Assembly: GCA_014905635.1 (NCBI GenBank)
Contig: JABVCE010000012.1
Coordinates: forward strand, 1-64,000
Source of the DNA: Scenedesmus sp. PABB004
Taxonomy: Eukaryota
Direction: 5' to 3'
DNA length: 64,000 bases
Below are positions 33,940 through 46,116 of this stretch, in pieces (within the stretch, counting starts at the first letter, position 1; every line of letters begins with the position of its first letter). Position numbers and translations under genes: made by a program. The notes beneath the pieces were generated by a model. The model did no database searches, had not been told where the DNA came from, and saw only the letters and a program-made list of their open reading frames with translations.

Positions 33940-36900
33940 GGGCCAAAACCCGGCCCCGCCGGGCCAAAACCCGGCGCCGCCGGGCCAAAACTCGCGCTCC
34001 CGCGGCGCCGCCGGGCCAAAGCCCGGCCCCGCCCCGCCAAAATTCGCGCTCCCGCGGCGCCGCCGGGCCAAAACCCGGCCCCGCCGGGCCAAAACTCGCG
34101 CTCCCGCGGCGCCGCCGGCCAAAACCCGGCCCCGCCGGGCCAAAACCCGGCCCCGCCCCGCCAAAACTCGCGCTCCCGCGGCGCCGCCGGGCCAAAACTC
34201 GGCGCCGCCGGGCCAAAACCCGGCGCCGCCGGGCCAAAACCCGGCCCCGCCCCGCCAAAACTCGCGCTCCCGCGGCGCCGCCGGGCCAAAACCCGGCGCC
34301 GCCGGGCCAAAACTCGCGCTCCCGCGGCGCCGCCGGGCCAAAACCCGGCGCCGCCCCGCCAAAACTCGCGCTCCCGCGCGCCGCCGGCCAAAACCCGGCG
34401 CCGCCCCGCCAAAATTCGCGCTCCCGCGGCGCCGCCGGGCCAAAACCCGGCCCCGCCGGGCCAAAACTCGCGCTCCGCGGCGCCGCCGGGCCAAAACCCG
34501 GCCCCGCCGGGCCAAAACCCGGCCCCGCCCCGCCAAAACTCGCGCTCCCGCGGCGCCGCCGGGCCAAAACCCGGCCCCGCCCCGCCAAAATTCGCGCTCC
34601 CGCGGCGCCGCCGGGCCAAAACCCGGCGCCGCCCCGCCAAAATTCGCGCTCCCGCGGCGCCGCCGGGCCAAAACCCGGCCCCGCCGGGCCAAAAACCGGC
34701 CCCGCCCCGCCAAAACTCGCGCTCCCGCGGCGCCGCCGGGCCAAAACCCGGCGCCGCCGGGCCAAAACTCGCGCTCCCGCGCGCCGCCGGGCCAAAACCC
34801 GGCGCCGCCCCGCCAAAATTCGCGCTCCCGCGGCGCCGCCGGGCCAAAACCCGGCCCCGCCGGGCCAAAATTCGCGCTCCCGCGGCGCCGCCGGGCCAAA
34901 ACCCGGCCCCGCCGGGCCAAAACTCGCGCTCCCGCGGCGCCGCCGGCCAAAACCCGGCCCCGCCGGGCCAAAACCCGGCCCCGCCCCGCCAAAACTCGCG
35001 CTCCCGCGGCGCCGCCGGCCAAAACTCGGCGCCGCCGGGCCAAAACCCGGCGCCGCCGGGCCAAAACCCGGCGCCGCCCCGCCAAAATTTCGCGCTCCCG
35101 CGGCGCCGCCGGGCCAAAAACCCGGCCCCGCCGGGCCAAAACCCGGCCCCGCCCCGCCAAAACTCGCGCTCCCGCGGCGCCGCCGGGCCAAAACTCGGCG
35201 CCGCCGGGCCAAAACCCGGCGCCGCCGGGCCAAAACCCGGCCCCGCCCCGCCAAAACTCGCGCTCCCGCGGCGCCGCCGGGCCAAAACCCGGCGCCGCCG
35301 GGCCAAAACTCGCGCTCCCGCGGCGCCGCCGGGCCAAAACCCGGCGCCGCCCCGCCAAAATTCGCGCTCCCGCGGCGCCGCCGGGCCAAAACCCGGCGCC
35401 GCCCCGCCAAAATTCGCGCTCCCGCGGCGCCGCCGGGCCAAAACCCGGCCCCGCCGGGCCAAAACTCGCGCTCCCGCGGCGCCGCCGGGCCAAAACCCGG
35501 CCCCGCCGGGCCAAAACCCGGCCCCGCCCCGCCAAAACTCGCGCTCCCGCGGCGCCGCCGGGCCAAAACCCGGCCCCGCCCCGCCAAAATTCGCGCTCCC
35601 GCGGCGCCGCCGGGCCAAAACCCGGCGCCGCCCCGCCAAAATTCGCGCTCCCGCGGCGCCGCCGGGCCAAAACCCGGCCCCGCCGGGCCAAAACTCGCGC
35701 TCCCGCGGCGCCGCCGGGCCAAAACCCGGCCCCGCCGGGCCAAAACCCGGCCCCGCCCCGCCAAAACTCGCGCTCCCGCGGCGCCGCCGGGCCAAAACCC
35801 GGCCCCGCCCCGCCAAAATTCGCGCTCCCGCGGCGCCGCCGGGCAAAAACCCGGCCCCGCCCCGCCAAAATTCGCGCTCCCGCGGCGCCGCCGGGCCAAA
35901 ACCCGGCCCCGCCGGGCCAAAACCCGGCCCCGCCCCGCCAAAACTCGCGCTCCCGCGGCGCCGCCGGGCCAAAACCCGGCGCCGCCGGGCCAAAACTCGC
36001 GCTCCCGCGGCGCCGCCGGGCCAAAACCCGGCGCCGCCCCGCCAAAATTCGCGCTCCCGCGGCGCCGCCGGGCCAAAACCCGGCCCCGCCGGGCCAAAAT
36101 TCGCGCTCCCGCGGCGCCGCCGGGCCAAAACCCGGCCCCGCCGGGCCAAAACTCGCGCTCCCGCGGCGCCGCCGGGCCAAAACCCGGCCCCGCCGGGCCA
36201 AAACCCGGCCCCGCCCCGCCAAAACTCGCGCTCCCGCGGCGCCGCCGGGCCAAAACTCGGCGCCGCCGGGCCAAAACCCGGCGCCGCCGGGCCAAAACCC
36301 GGCGCCGCCCCGCCAAAATTCGCGCTCCCGCGGCGCCGCCGGGCCAAAACCCGGCCCCGCCGGGCCAAAACCCGGCCCCGCCCCGCCAAAACTCGCGCTC
36401 CCGCGGCGCCGCCGGGCCAAAACCCGGCCCCGCCCCGCCAAAATTCGCGCTCCCGCGGCGCCGCCGGCCAAAACCCGGCCCCGCCGGGCCAAAACTCGCG
36501 CTCCCGCGGCGCCGCCGGGCCAAAACCCGGCCCCGCCGGGCCAAAACCCGGCCCCGCCCCGCCAAAACTCGCGCTCCCGCGGCGCCGCCGGGCCAAAACC
36601 CGGCCCCGCCCCGCCAAAATTCGCGCTCCCGCGGCGCCGCCGGGCCAAAACCCGGCCCCGCCCCGCCAAAATTCGCGCTCCCGCGGCGCCGCCGGGCCAA
36701 AACCCGGCCCCGCCGGGCCAAAACCCGGCCCCGCCCCGCCAAAACTCGCGCTCCCGCGGCGCCGCCGGGCCAAAACCCGGCGCCGCCGGGCCAAAACTCG
36801 CGCTCCCGCGGCGCCGCCGGGCCAAAACCCGGCGCCGCCCCGCCAAAATTCGCGCTCCCGCGGCGCCGCCGGGCCAAAACCCGCCCCGCCGGGCCAAAAC

Positions 36901-39900
36901 TCGCGCTCCCGCGGCGCCGCCGGGCCAAAACCCGGCCCCGCCGGGCCAAAACCCGCCCCGCCCCGCCAAAACTCGCGCTCCCGCGGCGCCGCCGGGCCAA
37001 AACCCGGCCCCGCCCCGCCAAAATTCGCGCTCCCGCGGCGCCGCCGGGCCAAAACCCGGCCCCGCCCCGCCAAAATTCGCGCTCCCGCGGCGCCGCCGGG
37101 CCAAAACCCGGCCCCGCCGGGCCAAAACTCGCGCTCCCGCGGCGCCGCCGGGCCAAAACCCGGCCCCGCCGGGCCAAAACCCGGCCCCGCCCCGCCAAAA
37201 ACTCGCGCTCCCGCGGCGCCGCCGGGCCAAAACTCGGCGCCGCCGGGCCAAAACCCGGCGCCGCCGGGCCAAAACCCGGCGCCGCCCCGCCAAAATTCGC
37301 GCTCCCGCGGCGCCGCCGGGCCAAAACCCGGCCCCGCCGGGCCAAAATTCGCGCTCCCGCGGCGCCGCCGGGCCAAAACCTGGCCCCGCCGGGCCAAAAC
37401 TCGCGCTCCCGCGGCGCCGCCGGGCCAAAACTCGGCGCCGCCGGGCCAAAACCCGGCGCCGCCGGGCCAAAACCCGGCGCCGCCCCGCCAAAATTCGCGC
37501 TCCCGCGGCGCCGCCGGGCCAAAACTCGGCGCCGCCGGGCCAAAACCCGCGCCGCCGGGCCAAAACCCGGCGCCGCCCCGCCAAAATTCGCGCTCCCGCG
37601 GCGCCGCCGGGCCAAAACCCGGCCCCGCCGGGCCAAAATTCGCGCTCCCGCGGCGCCGCCGGGCCAAAACCTGGCCCCGCCGGGCCAAAACTCGCGCTCC
37701 CGCGGCGCCGCCGGGCCAAAACCCGGCCCCGCCGGGCCAAAACCCGGCCCCGCCCCGCCAAAATTCGCGCTCCCGCGGCGCCGCCGGGCCAAAACCCGGC
37801 GCCGCCGGGCCAAAACTCGCGCTCCCGCGGCGCCGCCGGGCCAAAACCCGGCCCCGCCGGGCCAAAACTCGCGCTCCCGCGGCGCCGCCGGGCCAAAACC
37901 CGGCCCCGCCGGGCCAAAACCCGGCCCCGCCCCGCCAAAACTCGCGCTCCCGCGGCGCCGCCGGGCCAAAACTCGGCGCCGCCGGGCCAAAACCCGGCGC
38001 CGCCGGGCCAAAACCCGGCCCCGCCCCGCCAAAACTCGCGCTCCCGCGGCGCCGCCGGGCCAAAACCCGGCGCCGCCGGGCCAAAACTCGCGCTCCCGCG
38101 GCGCCGCCGGGCCAAAACCCGGCGCCGCCCCGCCAAAACTCGCGCTCCCGCGGCGCCGCCGGGCCAAAACCCGGCGCCGCCCCGCCAAAATTCGCGCTCC
38201 CGCGGCGCCGCCGGGCCAAAACCCGGCCCCGCCGGGCCAAAACTCGCGCTCCCGCCGGCGCCGCCGGCCAAAACCCGCCCCGCCCCGCCAAAACTCGCGC
38301 TCCCGCGGCGCCGCCGGGCCAAAACCCGGCCCCGCCCCGCCAAAATTCGCGCTCCCGCGGCGCCGCCGGCCAAAACCCGGCCCCGCCCCGCCAAAATTCG
38401 CGCTCCCGCGGCGCCGCCGGGCCAAAACCCGGCCCCGCCCCGCCAAAATTCGCGCTCCCGCGCGCCGCCGGGCCAAAACCCGGCCCCGCCGGGCCAAAAC
38501 TCGCGCTCCCGCGGCGCCGCCGGGCCAAAACCCGGCCCCGCCGGGCCAAAACTCGCGCTCCCGCGGCGCCGCCGGGCCAAAACCCGGCCCCGCCCCGCCA
38601 AAACTCGCGCTCCCGCGGCGCCGCCGGGCCAAAACCCGGCCCCGCCCCGCCAAAATTCGCGCTCCCGCGGCGCCGCCGGGCCAAAACCCGGCCCCGCCCC
38701 GCCAAAATTCGCGCTCCCGCGGCGCCGCCGGGCCAAAACCCGGCCCCGCCCCGCCAAAATTCGCGCTCCCGCGGCGCCGCCGGGCCAAAACCCGGCCCCG
38801 CCGGGCCAAAACTCGCGCTCCCGCGGCGCCGCCGGGCCAAAACCCGGCCCCGCCGGGCCAAAACCCGGCCCCGCCCCGCCAAAACTCGCGCTCCCGCGGC
38901 GCCGCCGGGCCAAAACCCGGCCCCGCCCCGCCAAAATTCGCGCTCCCGCGGCGCCGCCGGGCCAAAACCCGGCCCCGCCCCGCCAAAATTCGCGCTCCCG
39001 CGGCGCCGCCGGGCCAAAACCCGGCCCCGCCGGGCCAAAACCCGGCCCCGCCCCGCCAAAACTCGCGCTCCCGCGGCGCCGCCGGGCCAAAACCCGGCGC
39101 CGCCGGGCCAAAACTCGCGCTCCCGCGGCGCCGCCGGGCCAAAACCCGGCGCCGCCCCGCCAAAATTCGCGCTCCCGCGGCGCCGCCGGGCCAAAACCCG
39201 GCCCCGCCGGGCCAAAATTCGCGCTCCCGCGGCGCCGCCGGGCCAAAACCCGGCCCCGCCGGGCCAAAACTCGCGCTCCCGCGGCGCCGCCGGGCCAAAA
39301 CCCGGCCCCGCCGGCCAAAACCCGGCCCCGCCCCGCCAAAACTCGCGCTCCCGCGGCGCCGCCGGGCCAAAACTCGGCGCCGCCGGGCCAAAACCCGGCG
39401 CCGCCGGGCCAAAACCCGGCGCCGCCCCGCCAAAATTCGCGCTCCCGCGGCGCCGCCGGGCCAAAACCCGGCGCCGCCGGGCCAAAACCCGGCGCCGCCC
39501 CGCCAAAACTCGCGCTCCCGCGGCGCCGCCGGGCCAAAACCCGGCCCCGCCGGGCCAAAACTCGCGCTCCCGCGGCGCCGCCGGGCCAAAACCCGGCCCC
39601 GCCGGGCCAAAACTCGCGCTCCCGCGGCGCCGCCGGGCCAAAACCCGGCCCCGCCGGGCCAAAACCCGGCCCCGCCCCGCCAAAACTCGCGCTCCCGCGG
39701 CGCCGCCGGGCCAAAACCCGGCCCCGCCCCGCCAAAATTCGCGCTCCCGCGGCGCCGCCGGGCCAAAACCCGGCCCCGCCCCGCCAAAATTCGCGCTCCC
39801 GCGGCGCCGCCGGGCCAAAACCCGGCCCCGCCGGGCCAAAACCCGGCCCCGCCCCGCCAAAACTCGCGCTCCCGCGGCGCCGCCGGGCCAAAACCCGGCG

Positions 39901-42900
39901 CCGCCGGCCAAAACTCGCGCTCCCGCGGCGCCGCCGGGCCAAAACCCGGCGCCGCCCCGCCAAAATTCGCGCTCCCGCGGCGCCGCCGGGCCAAAACCCC
40001 GCCCCGCCGGGCCAAAATTCGCGCTCCCGCGGCGCCGCCGGGCCAAAACCCGGCCCCGCCGGGCCAAAACTCGCGCTCCCGCGGCGCCGCCGGGCCAAAA
40101 CCCGGCCCCGCCGGGCCAAAACCCGGCCCCGCCCCGCCAAAACTCGCGCTCCCGCGGCGCCGCCGGGCCAAAACTCGGCGCCGCCGGCCAAAACCCGGCG
40201 CCGCCGGGCCAAAACCCGGCGCCGCCCCGCCAAAACTCGCGCTCCCGCGGCGCCGCCGGGCCAAAACCCGGCCCCGCCGGGCCAAAATTCGCGCTCCCGC
40301 GGCGCCGCCGGGCCAAAACCCGGCCCCGCCGGGCCAAAACTCGCGCTCCCGCGGCGCCGCCGGGCCAAAACCCGGCCCCGCCGGGCCAAAACCCGGCCCC
40401 GCCCCGCCAAAACTCGCGCTCCCGCGGCGCCGCCGGGCCAAAACTCGGCGCCGCCGGGCCAAAACCCGGCGCCGCCGGGCCAAAACCCGGCGCCGCCCCG
40501 CCAAAATTCGCGCTCCCGCGGCGCCGCCGGGCCAAAACCCGGCGCCGCCGGGCCAAAACCCGGCGCCGCCCCGCCAAAACTCGCGCTCCCGCGGCGCCGC
40601 CGGGCCAAAACCCGGCCCCGCCGGGCCAAAACTCGCGCTCCCGCGGCGCCGCCGGGCCAAAACCCGGCCCCGCCGGGCCAAAATTCGCGCTCCCGCGGCG
40701 CCGCCGGGCCAAAACCCGGCGCCGCCGGGCCAAAACCCGGCGCCGCCCCGCCAAAACTCGCGCTCCCGCGGCGCCGCCGGGCCAAAACCCGGCCCCGCCG
40801 GGCCAAAACTCGCGCTCCCGCGGCGCCGCCGGGCCAAAACCCGGCGCCGCCGGGCCAAAACTCGCGCTCCCGCGGCGCCGCCGGGCCAAAACCCGGCGCC
40901 GCCCCGCCAAAATTCGCGCTCCCGCGGCGCCGCCGGGCCAAAACCCGGCCCCGCCGGGCCAAAATTCGCGCTCCCGCGGCGCCGCCGGCCAAAACCCGGC
41001 CCCGCCGGGCCAAAACTCGCGCTCCCGCGGCGCCGCCGGGCCAAAACCCGGCCCCGCCGGGCCAAAACCCGGCCCCGCCCCGCCAAAACTCGCGCTCCCG
41101 CGGCGCCGCCGGGCCAAAACTCGGCGCCGCCGGGCCAAAACCCGGCGCCGCCGGGCCAAAACCCGGCGCCGCCCCGCCAAAACTCGCGCTCCCGCGGCGC
41201 CGCCGGGCCAAAACCCGGCCCCGCCGGGCCAAAATTCGCGCTCCCGCGGCGCCGCCGGGCCAAAACCCGGCCCCGCCGGGCCAAAACTCGCGCTCCCGCG
41301 GCGCCGCCGGGCCAAAACCCGGCCCCGCCGGGCCAAAACCCGGCCCCGCCCCGCCAAAACTCGCGCTCCCGCGGCGCCGCCGGGCCAAAACTCGGCGCCG
41401 CCGGGCCAAAACCCGGCGCCGCCGGGCCAAAACCCGGCGCCGCCCCGCCAAAATTCGCGCTCCCGCGGCGCCGCCGGGCCAAAACCCGGCGCCGCCGGGC
41501 CAAAACCCGGCGCCGCCCCGCCAAAACTCGCGCTCCCGCGGCGCCGCCGGGCCAAAACCCGGCCCCGCCGGGCCAAAACTCGCGCTCCCGCGGCGCCGCC
41601 GGGCCAAAACCCGGCCCCGCCGGGCCAAAACTCGCGCTCCCGCGGCGCCGCCGGGCCAAAACCCGGCCCCGCCGGGCCAAAACCCGGCCCCGCCCCGCCA
41701 AAACTCGCGCTCCCGCGGCGCCGCCGGGCCAAAACCCGGCCCCGCCCCGCCAAAATTCGCGCTCCCGCGGCGCCGCCGGGCCAAAACCCGGCCCCGCCCC
41801 GCCAAAATTCGCGCTCCCGCGGCGCCGCCGGGCCAAAACCCGGCCCCGCCGGGCCAAAACCCGGCCCCGCCCCGCCAAAACTCGCGCTCCCGCGGCGCCG
41901 CCGGGCCAAAACCCGGCGCCGCCGGGCCAAAACTCGCGCTCCCGCGGCGCCGCCGGGCCAAAACCCGGCGCCGCCCCGCCAAAATTCGCGCTCCCGCGGC
42001 GCCGCCGGGCCAAAACCCGGCCCCGCCGGGCCAAAATTCGCGCTCCCGCGGCGCCGCCGGGCCAAAACCCGGCCCCGCCGGGCCAAAACTCGCGCTCCCG
42101 CGGCGCCGCCGGGCCAAAACCCGGCCCCGCCGGGCCAAAACCCGGCCCCGCCCCGCCAAAACTCGCGCTCCCGCGGCGCCGCCGGGCCAAAACTCGGCGC
42201 CGCCGGGCCAAAACCCGGCGCCGCCGGGCCAAAACCCGGCGCCGCCCCGCCAAAATTCGCGCTCCCGCGGCGCCGCCGGGCCAAAACCCGGCGCCGCCGG
42301 GCCAAAACCCGGCGCCGCCCCGCCAAAACTCGCGCTCCCGCGGCGCCGCCGGGCCAAAACCCGGCCCCGCCGGGCCAAAACTCGCGCTCCCGCGGCGCCG
42401 CCGGGCCAAAACCCGGCCCCGCCGGGCCAAAACTCGCGCTCCCGCGGCGCCGCCGGGCCAAAACCCGGCCCCGCCGGGCCAAAACCCGGCCCCGCCCCGC
42501 CAAAACTCGCGCTCCCGCGGCGCCGCCGGGCCAAAACCCGGCCCCGCCCCGCCAAAATTCGCGCTCCCGCGGCGCCGCCGGGCCAAAACCCGGCCCCGCC
42601 CCGCCAAAATTCGCGCTCCCGCGGCGCCGCCGGGCCAAAACCCGGCCCCGCCGGGCCAAAACTCGCGCTCCCGCGGCGCCGCCGGGCCAAAACCCGGCCC
42701 CGCCGGGCCAAAACCCGGCCCCGCCCCGCCAAAACTCGCGCTCCCGCGGCGCCGCCGGGCCAAAACCCGGCCCCGCCCCGCCAAAATTCGCGCTCCCGCG
42801 GCGCCGCCGGGCCAAAACCCGGCCCCGCCCCGCCAAAATTCGCGCTCCCGCGGCGCCGCCGGGCCAAAACCCGGCGCCGCCGGGCCAAAACTCGCGCTCC

Positions 42901-44108
42901 CGCGGCGCCGCCGGGCCAAAACCCGGCCCCGCCGGGCCAAAACCCGGCCCCGCCCCGCCAAAACTCGCGCTCCCGCGGCGCCGCCGGGCCAAAACCCGGC
43001 CCCGCCGGGCCAAAACCCGGCCCCGCCCCGCCAAAACTCGCGCTCCCGCGGCGCCGCCGGGCCAAAACCCGGCCCCGCCCCGCCAAAACTCGCGCTCCCG
43101 CGGCGCCGCCGGGCCAAAACCCGGCCCCGCCCCGCCAAAACTCGCGCTCCCGCGGCGCCGCCGGGCCAAAACTCGGCGCCGCCGGGCCAAAACCCGGCGC
43201 CGCCGGGCCAAAACCCGGCCCCGCCCCGCCAAAACTCGCGCTCCCGCGGCGCCGCCGGGCCAAAACCCGGCGCCGCCGGGCCAAAACTCGCGCTCCCGCG
43301 GCGCCGCCGGGCCAAAACCCGGCGCCGCCCCGCCAAAATTCGCGCTCCCGCGGCGCCGCCGGGCCAAAACCCGGCCCCGCCGGGCCAAAACTCGCGCTCC
43401 CGCGGCGCCGCCGGGCCAAAACCCGGCCCCGCCGGGCCAAAACTCGCGCTCCCGCGGCGCCGCCGGGCCAAAACCCGGCCCCGCCGGGCCAAAACCCGGC
43501 CCCGCCCCGCCAAAACTCGCGCTCCCGCGGCGCCGCCGGGCCAAAACCCGGCCCCGCCCCGCCAAAATTCGCGCTCCCGCGGCGCCGCCGGGCCAAAACC
43601 CGGCCCCGCCCCGCCAAAATTCGCGCTCCCGCGGCGCCGCCGGGCCAAAACCCGGCGCCGCCGGGCCAAAACTCGCGCTCCCGCGGCGCCGCCGGGCCAA
43701 AACCCGGCCCCGCCGGGCCAAAACCCGGCCCCGCCCCGCCAAAACTCGCGCTCCCGCGGCGCCGCCGGGCCAAAACCCGGCCCCGCCCCGCCAAAATTCG
43801 CGCTCCCGCGGCGCCGCCGGGCCAAAACCCGGCCCCGCCCCGCCAAAATTCGCGCTCCCGCGGCGCCGCCGGGCCAAAACCCGGCGCCGCCGGGCCAAAA
43901 CTCGCGCTCCCGCGGCGCCGCCGGGCCAAAACCCGGCCCCGCCGGGCCAAAACCCGGCCCCGCCCCGCCAAAACTCGCGCTCCCGCGGCGCCGCCGGGCC
44001 AAAACCCGGCCCCGCCGGGCCAAAACCCGGCCCCGCCCCGCCAAAACTCGCGCTCCCGCGGCGCCGCCGGGCCAAAACCCGGCCCCGCCCCGCCAAAACT
44101 CGCGCTCC
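33940..44108. repeat. ~10.2 kb GC-rich satellite of 21-bp and 31-bp monomers
   Basis: Short monomer AAAACCCGGC(C/G)CCGCC(GG/CC)GCC (21 bp); long monomer AAAA(C/T)TCGCGCTCCCGCGGCGCCGCCGGGCC (31 bp). Confidence 0.98.
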
Positions 44109-44129
44109 TGCAGCCCCCCAGGCAGCGCC

Positions 44130-45248
44130 ATGTCGTCGTCAGAGGGCAACCGGTGCGCCGGGCCGACGATCGCGGCGGCCGCGCCGGCGGTGGGCGAGGC
44201 GCCCGACGGCGATGGGGCGGCGCCGAGGTGGGCGCGCTGGCGTCCTCTGGTGGCTGGTGCTGGTGCTGCCTGGCCAGGCGGGCACTGCGCACCCAGCCAC
44301 AGCCAGACGCAGCAGGCGCCGCACGCCGCCTCACCGCCGCCCCTGCGCACGCCCCCGCCGCCGCCCCGTCGCCTGCTCGCCACGCCGCGCCGCCCGCAGC
44401 CCATGGACAGACCTGCCCGAGCCGCTCATGCTCCACGTCCTGAGCTTCCTGCCGCTGGCCCTGCAGGGGTGGACCGCCAAGCAGGTCTGCAAGGCGGCGC
44501 GCGACCGCTTCTGCGGCGCCACGGTCGTCTCGCTGCACTGCCGCGAGCTGCTGCTGGCGGCGGTGCAGCAAGCGTGGCGGGCGGTGGGGGGTGATGTGGT
44601 GCAGCAGCGGCAGCTGGCCGAGGCGCGCCCAGCGTGCGGCGACGTGGCGGGCCTGGCCTGGCTGCGCGGCGCCGGCTGCGACATGGACTACAGAGTGTGC
44701 GGCATGGCAGCGTGCAACGGCGAGTTTGCCGTGGTGGAGTGGGGGCGCGACCAGGGGCTGGACCTCAGGGACGTGTGCCTTGGAGCAGCCGGGGCGGGCA
44801 CATGGCGCTGCTGCGCTGGGCGCGCGCGCAGGCGCCGCCGCTGCCCTGGGGCGAAGACGTGTGCTTTTGGGCCGCGGCGCGCGGCAACTTGGAGATGCTG
44901 CGCTGGGCGCGCGCCCAGGCCGAGCCCGCGCCGTGGGACACCGGCGTGTGCTCCATCGCAGCCCAGTGCGGGCGCCTGGAGGCGCTGCGCTGGCTGCGCG
45001 CCAACGGCTGCCCGTGGCGGCGCGGCGAGTGCAGTCTCCGGGCTGCGCAATATGGTCACGACGCCGTCGCGGCCCATATCGGCCGCACCGCCACTGCTCA
45101 TGTGCACCTGATCCAGGCGTTCACCGAGCCTGTCCAGGGCACGGACGAGGAGGAGAGCCAGGAGCCGGAGGACGAGGACGAGGAGGGGAGCTGGGACCTG
45201 GGCGAGGAAGAGGGCCAGGAGGAGGAGCACGCAGACGCGTGCTCTTGA
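44130..45248 (+). CDS. F-box-like plus ankyrin-like repeat protein, copy 1
   Basis: Intron 44228-44399; WTDLPEPLMLHVLSFLP (F-box-like); repeats C..AA..G.LE.LRW.RA...PW; acidic tail; probable G-run indel near 44793; TGTAA at 45327. Confidence 0.75.
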
Positions 45249-45733
45249 CGGCGGTCGGTGCGGCTGAGCCCGCAGTGCGCTGCGCCAGCCTGCGCGCCGC
45301 GCGGCAGTGTGCTCCAAGCGCGTGCCTGTAAAACGTTGAGCTTGCAGTTGGCCCCTCGGCCGGCCTGGCAACGAGCTGAACGGCGGCGCCCCGTCGGCGC
45401 GGCGGGGACGCGCAGCCAGGGCTCACCGGCGAGGCTGGCCCAGCCGCGAGGCTCAGGTAGCGCCGCTCCCGCGTACAACGTGACGGCGCGCCCCGGCACC
45501 CGGCTGACTAAGCCGAGCTCTCGCGGGCCGTTTCGCCCTACTGCCCCGACTGCCCCGCCCGGTCCGGCTCCTTCGAGCCCCGACGGCCATGCCCTGAGCT
45601 GAGCCGCAGACTCTCTTGAGCTTGGCGAGCGCGTGCGCGCACAGCCAGCGCGCAGGCGGCCGCCAGGAGCTCCGGCCAGCGCTGCCGCTGCTGACCCGGC
45701 GGCGCGCCCGCAGCGGGCGCCGCGGTGAGCTTG

Positions 45734-46026
45734 ATGAAGCGCCTGGCGCACCCGTTTGGTGGCATGGGCCACAAGGACGCGCTGCGCGAGGACGCGCCGC
45801 TCGCGGCCGCCGCGCCGGCGAGCAGCGGCGCGGGCGCGCTGTCCGGCCCGCTCGCGGGGGGCAGCCACGGCCCCAAGGCCGCCCACCACGGCCACGGCGG
45901 GCATGCCAGGCCCGGCATCATGTCTCCTGTGTGCGGCGGCAGGCCGGGGCGCTACTCTGACGAGTCCGAGGACGAGCGCCAGCAGGAGCAGGGCTTCACC
46001 ATCCCCGCCGCCGTCGTGAGCCGCCT

Positions 46027-46060
<34 letters not shown>

Positions 46061-46065
46061 CACAG

Positions 46066-46116
<51 letters not shown>

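Noticed and set aside
33940..44108. CRISPR-like or telomeric array
   Set aside because: No unique spacers and no cas genes. GGGTTTTGG only loosely resembles TTTAGGG/TTTTAGGG, and the array is internal.
32138..44594. Giant 3400-4100 aa ORFs on both strands
   Set aside because: The satellite monomers cannot form stop codons on either strand, so most frames stay open; there is no sign of coding.
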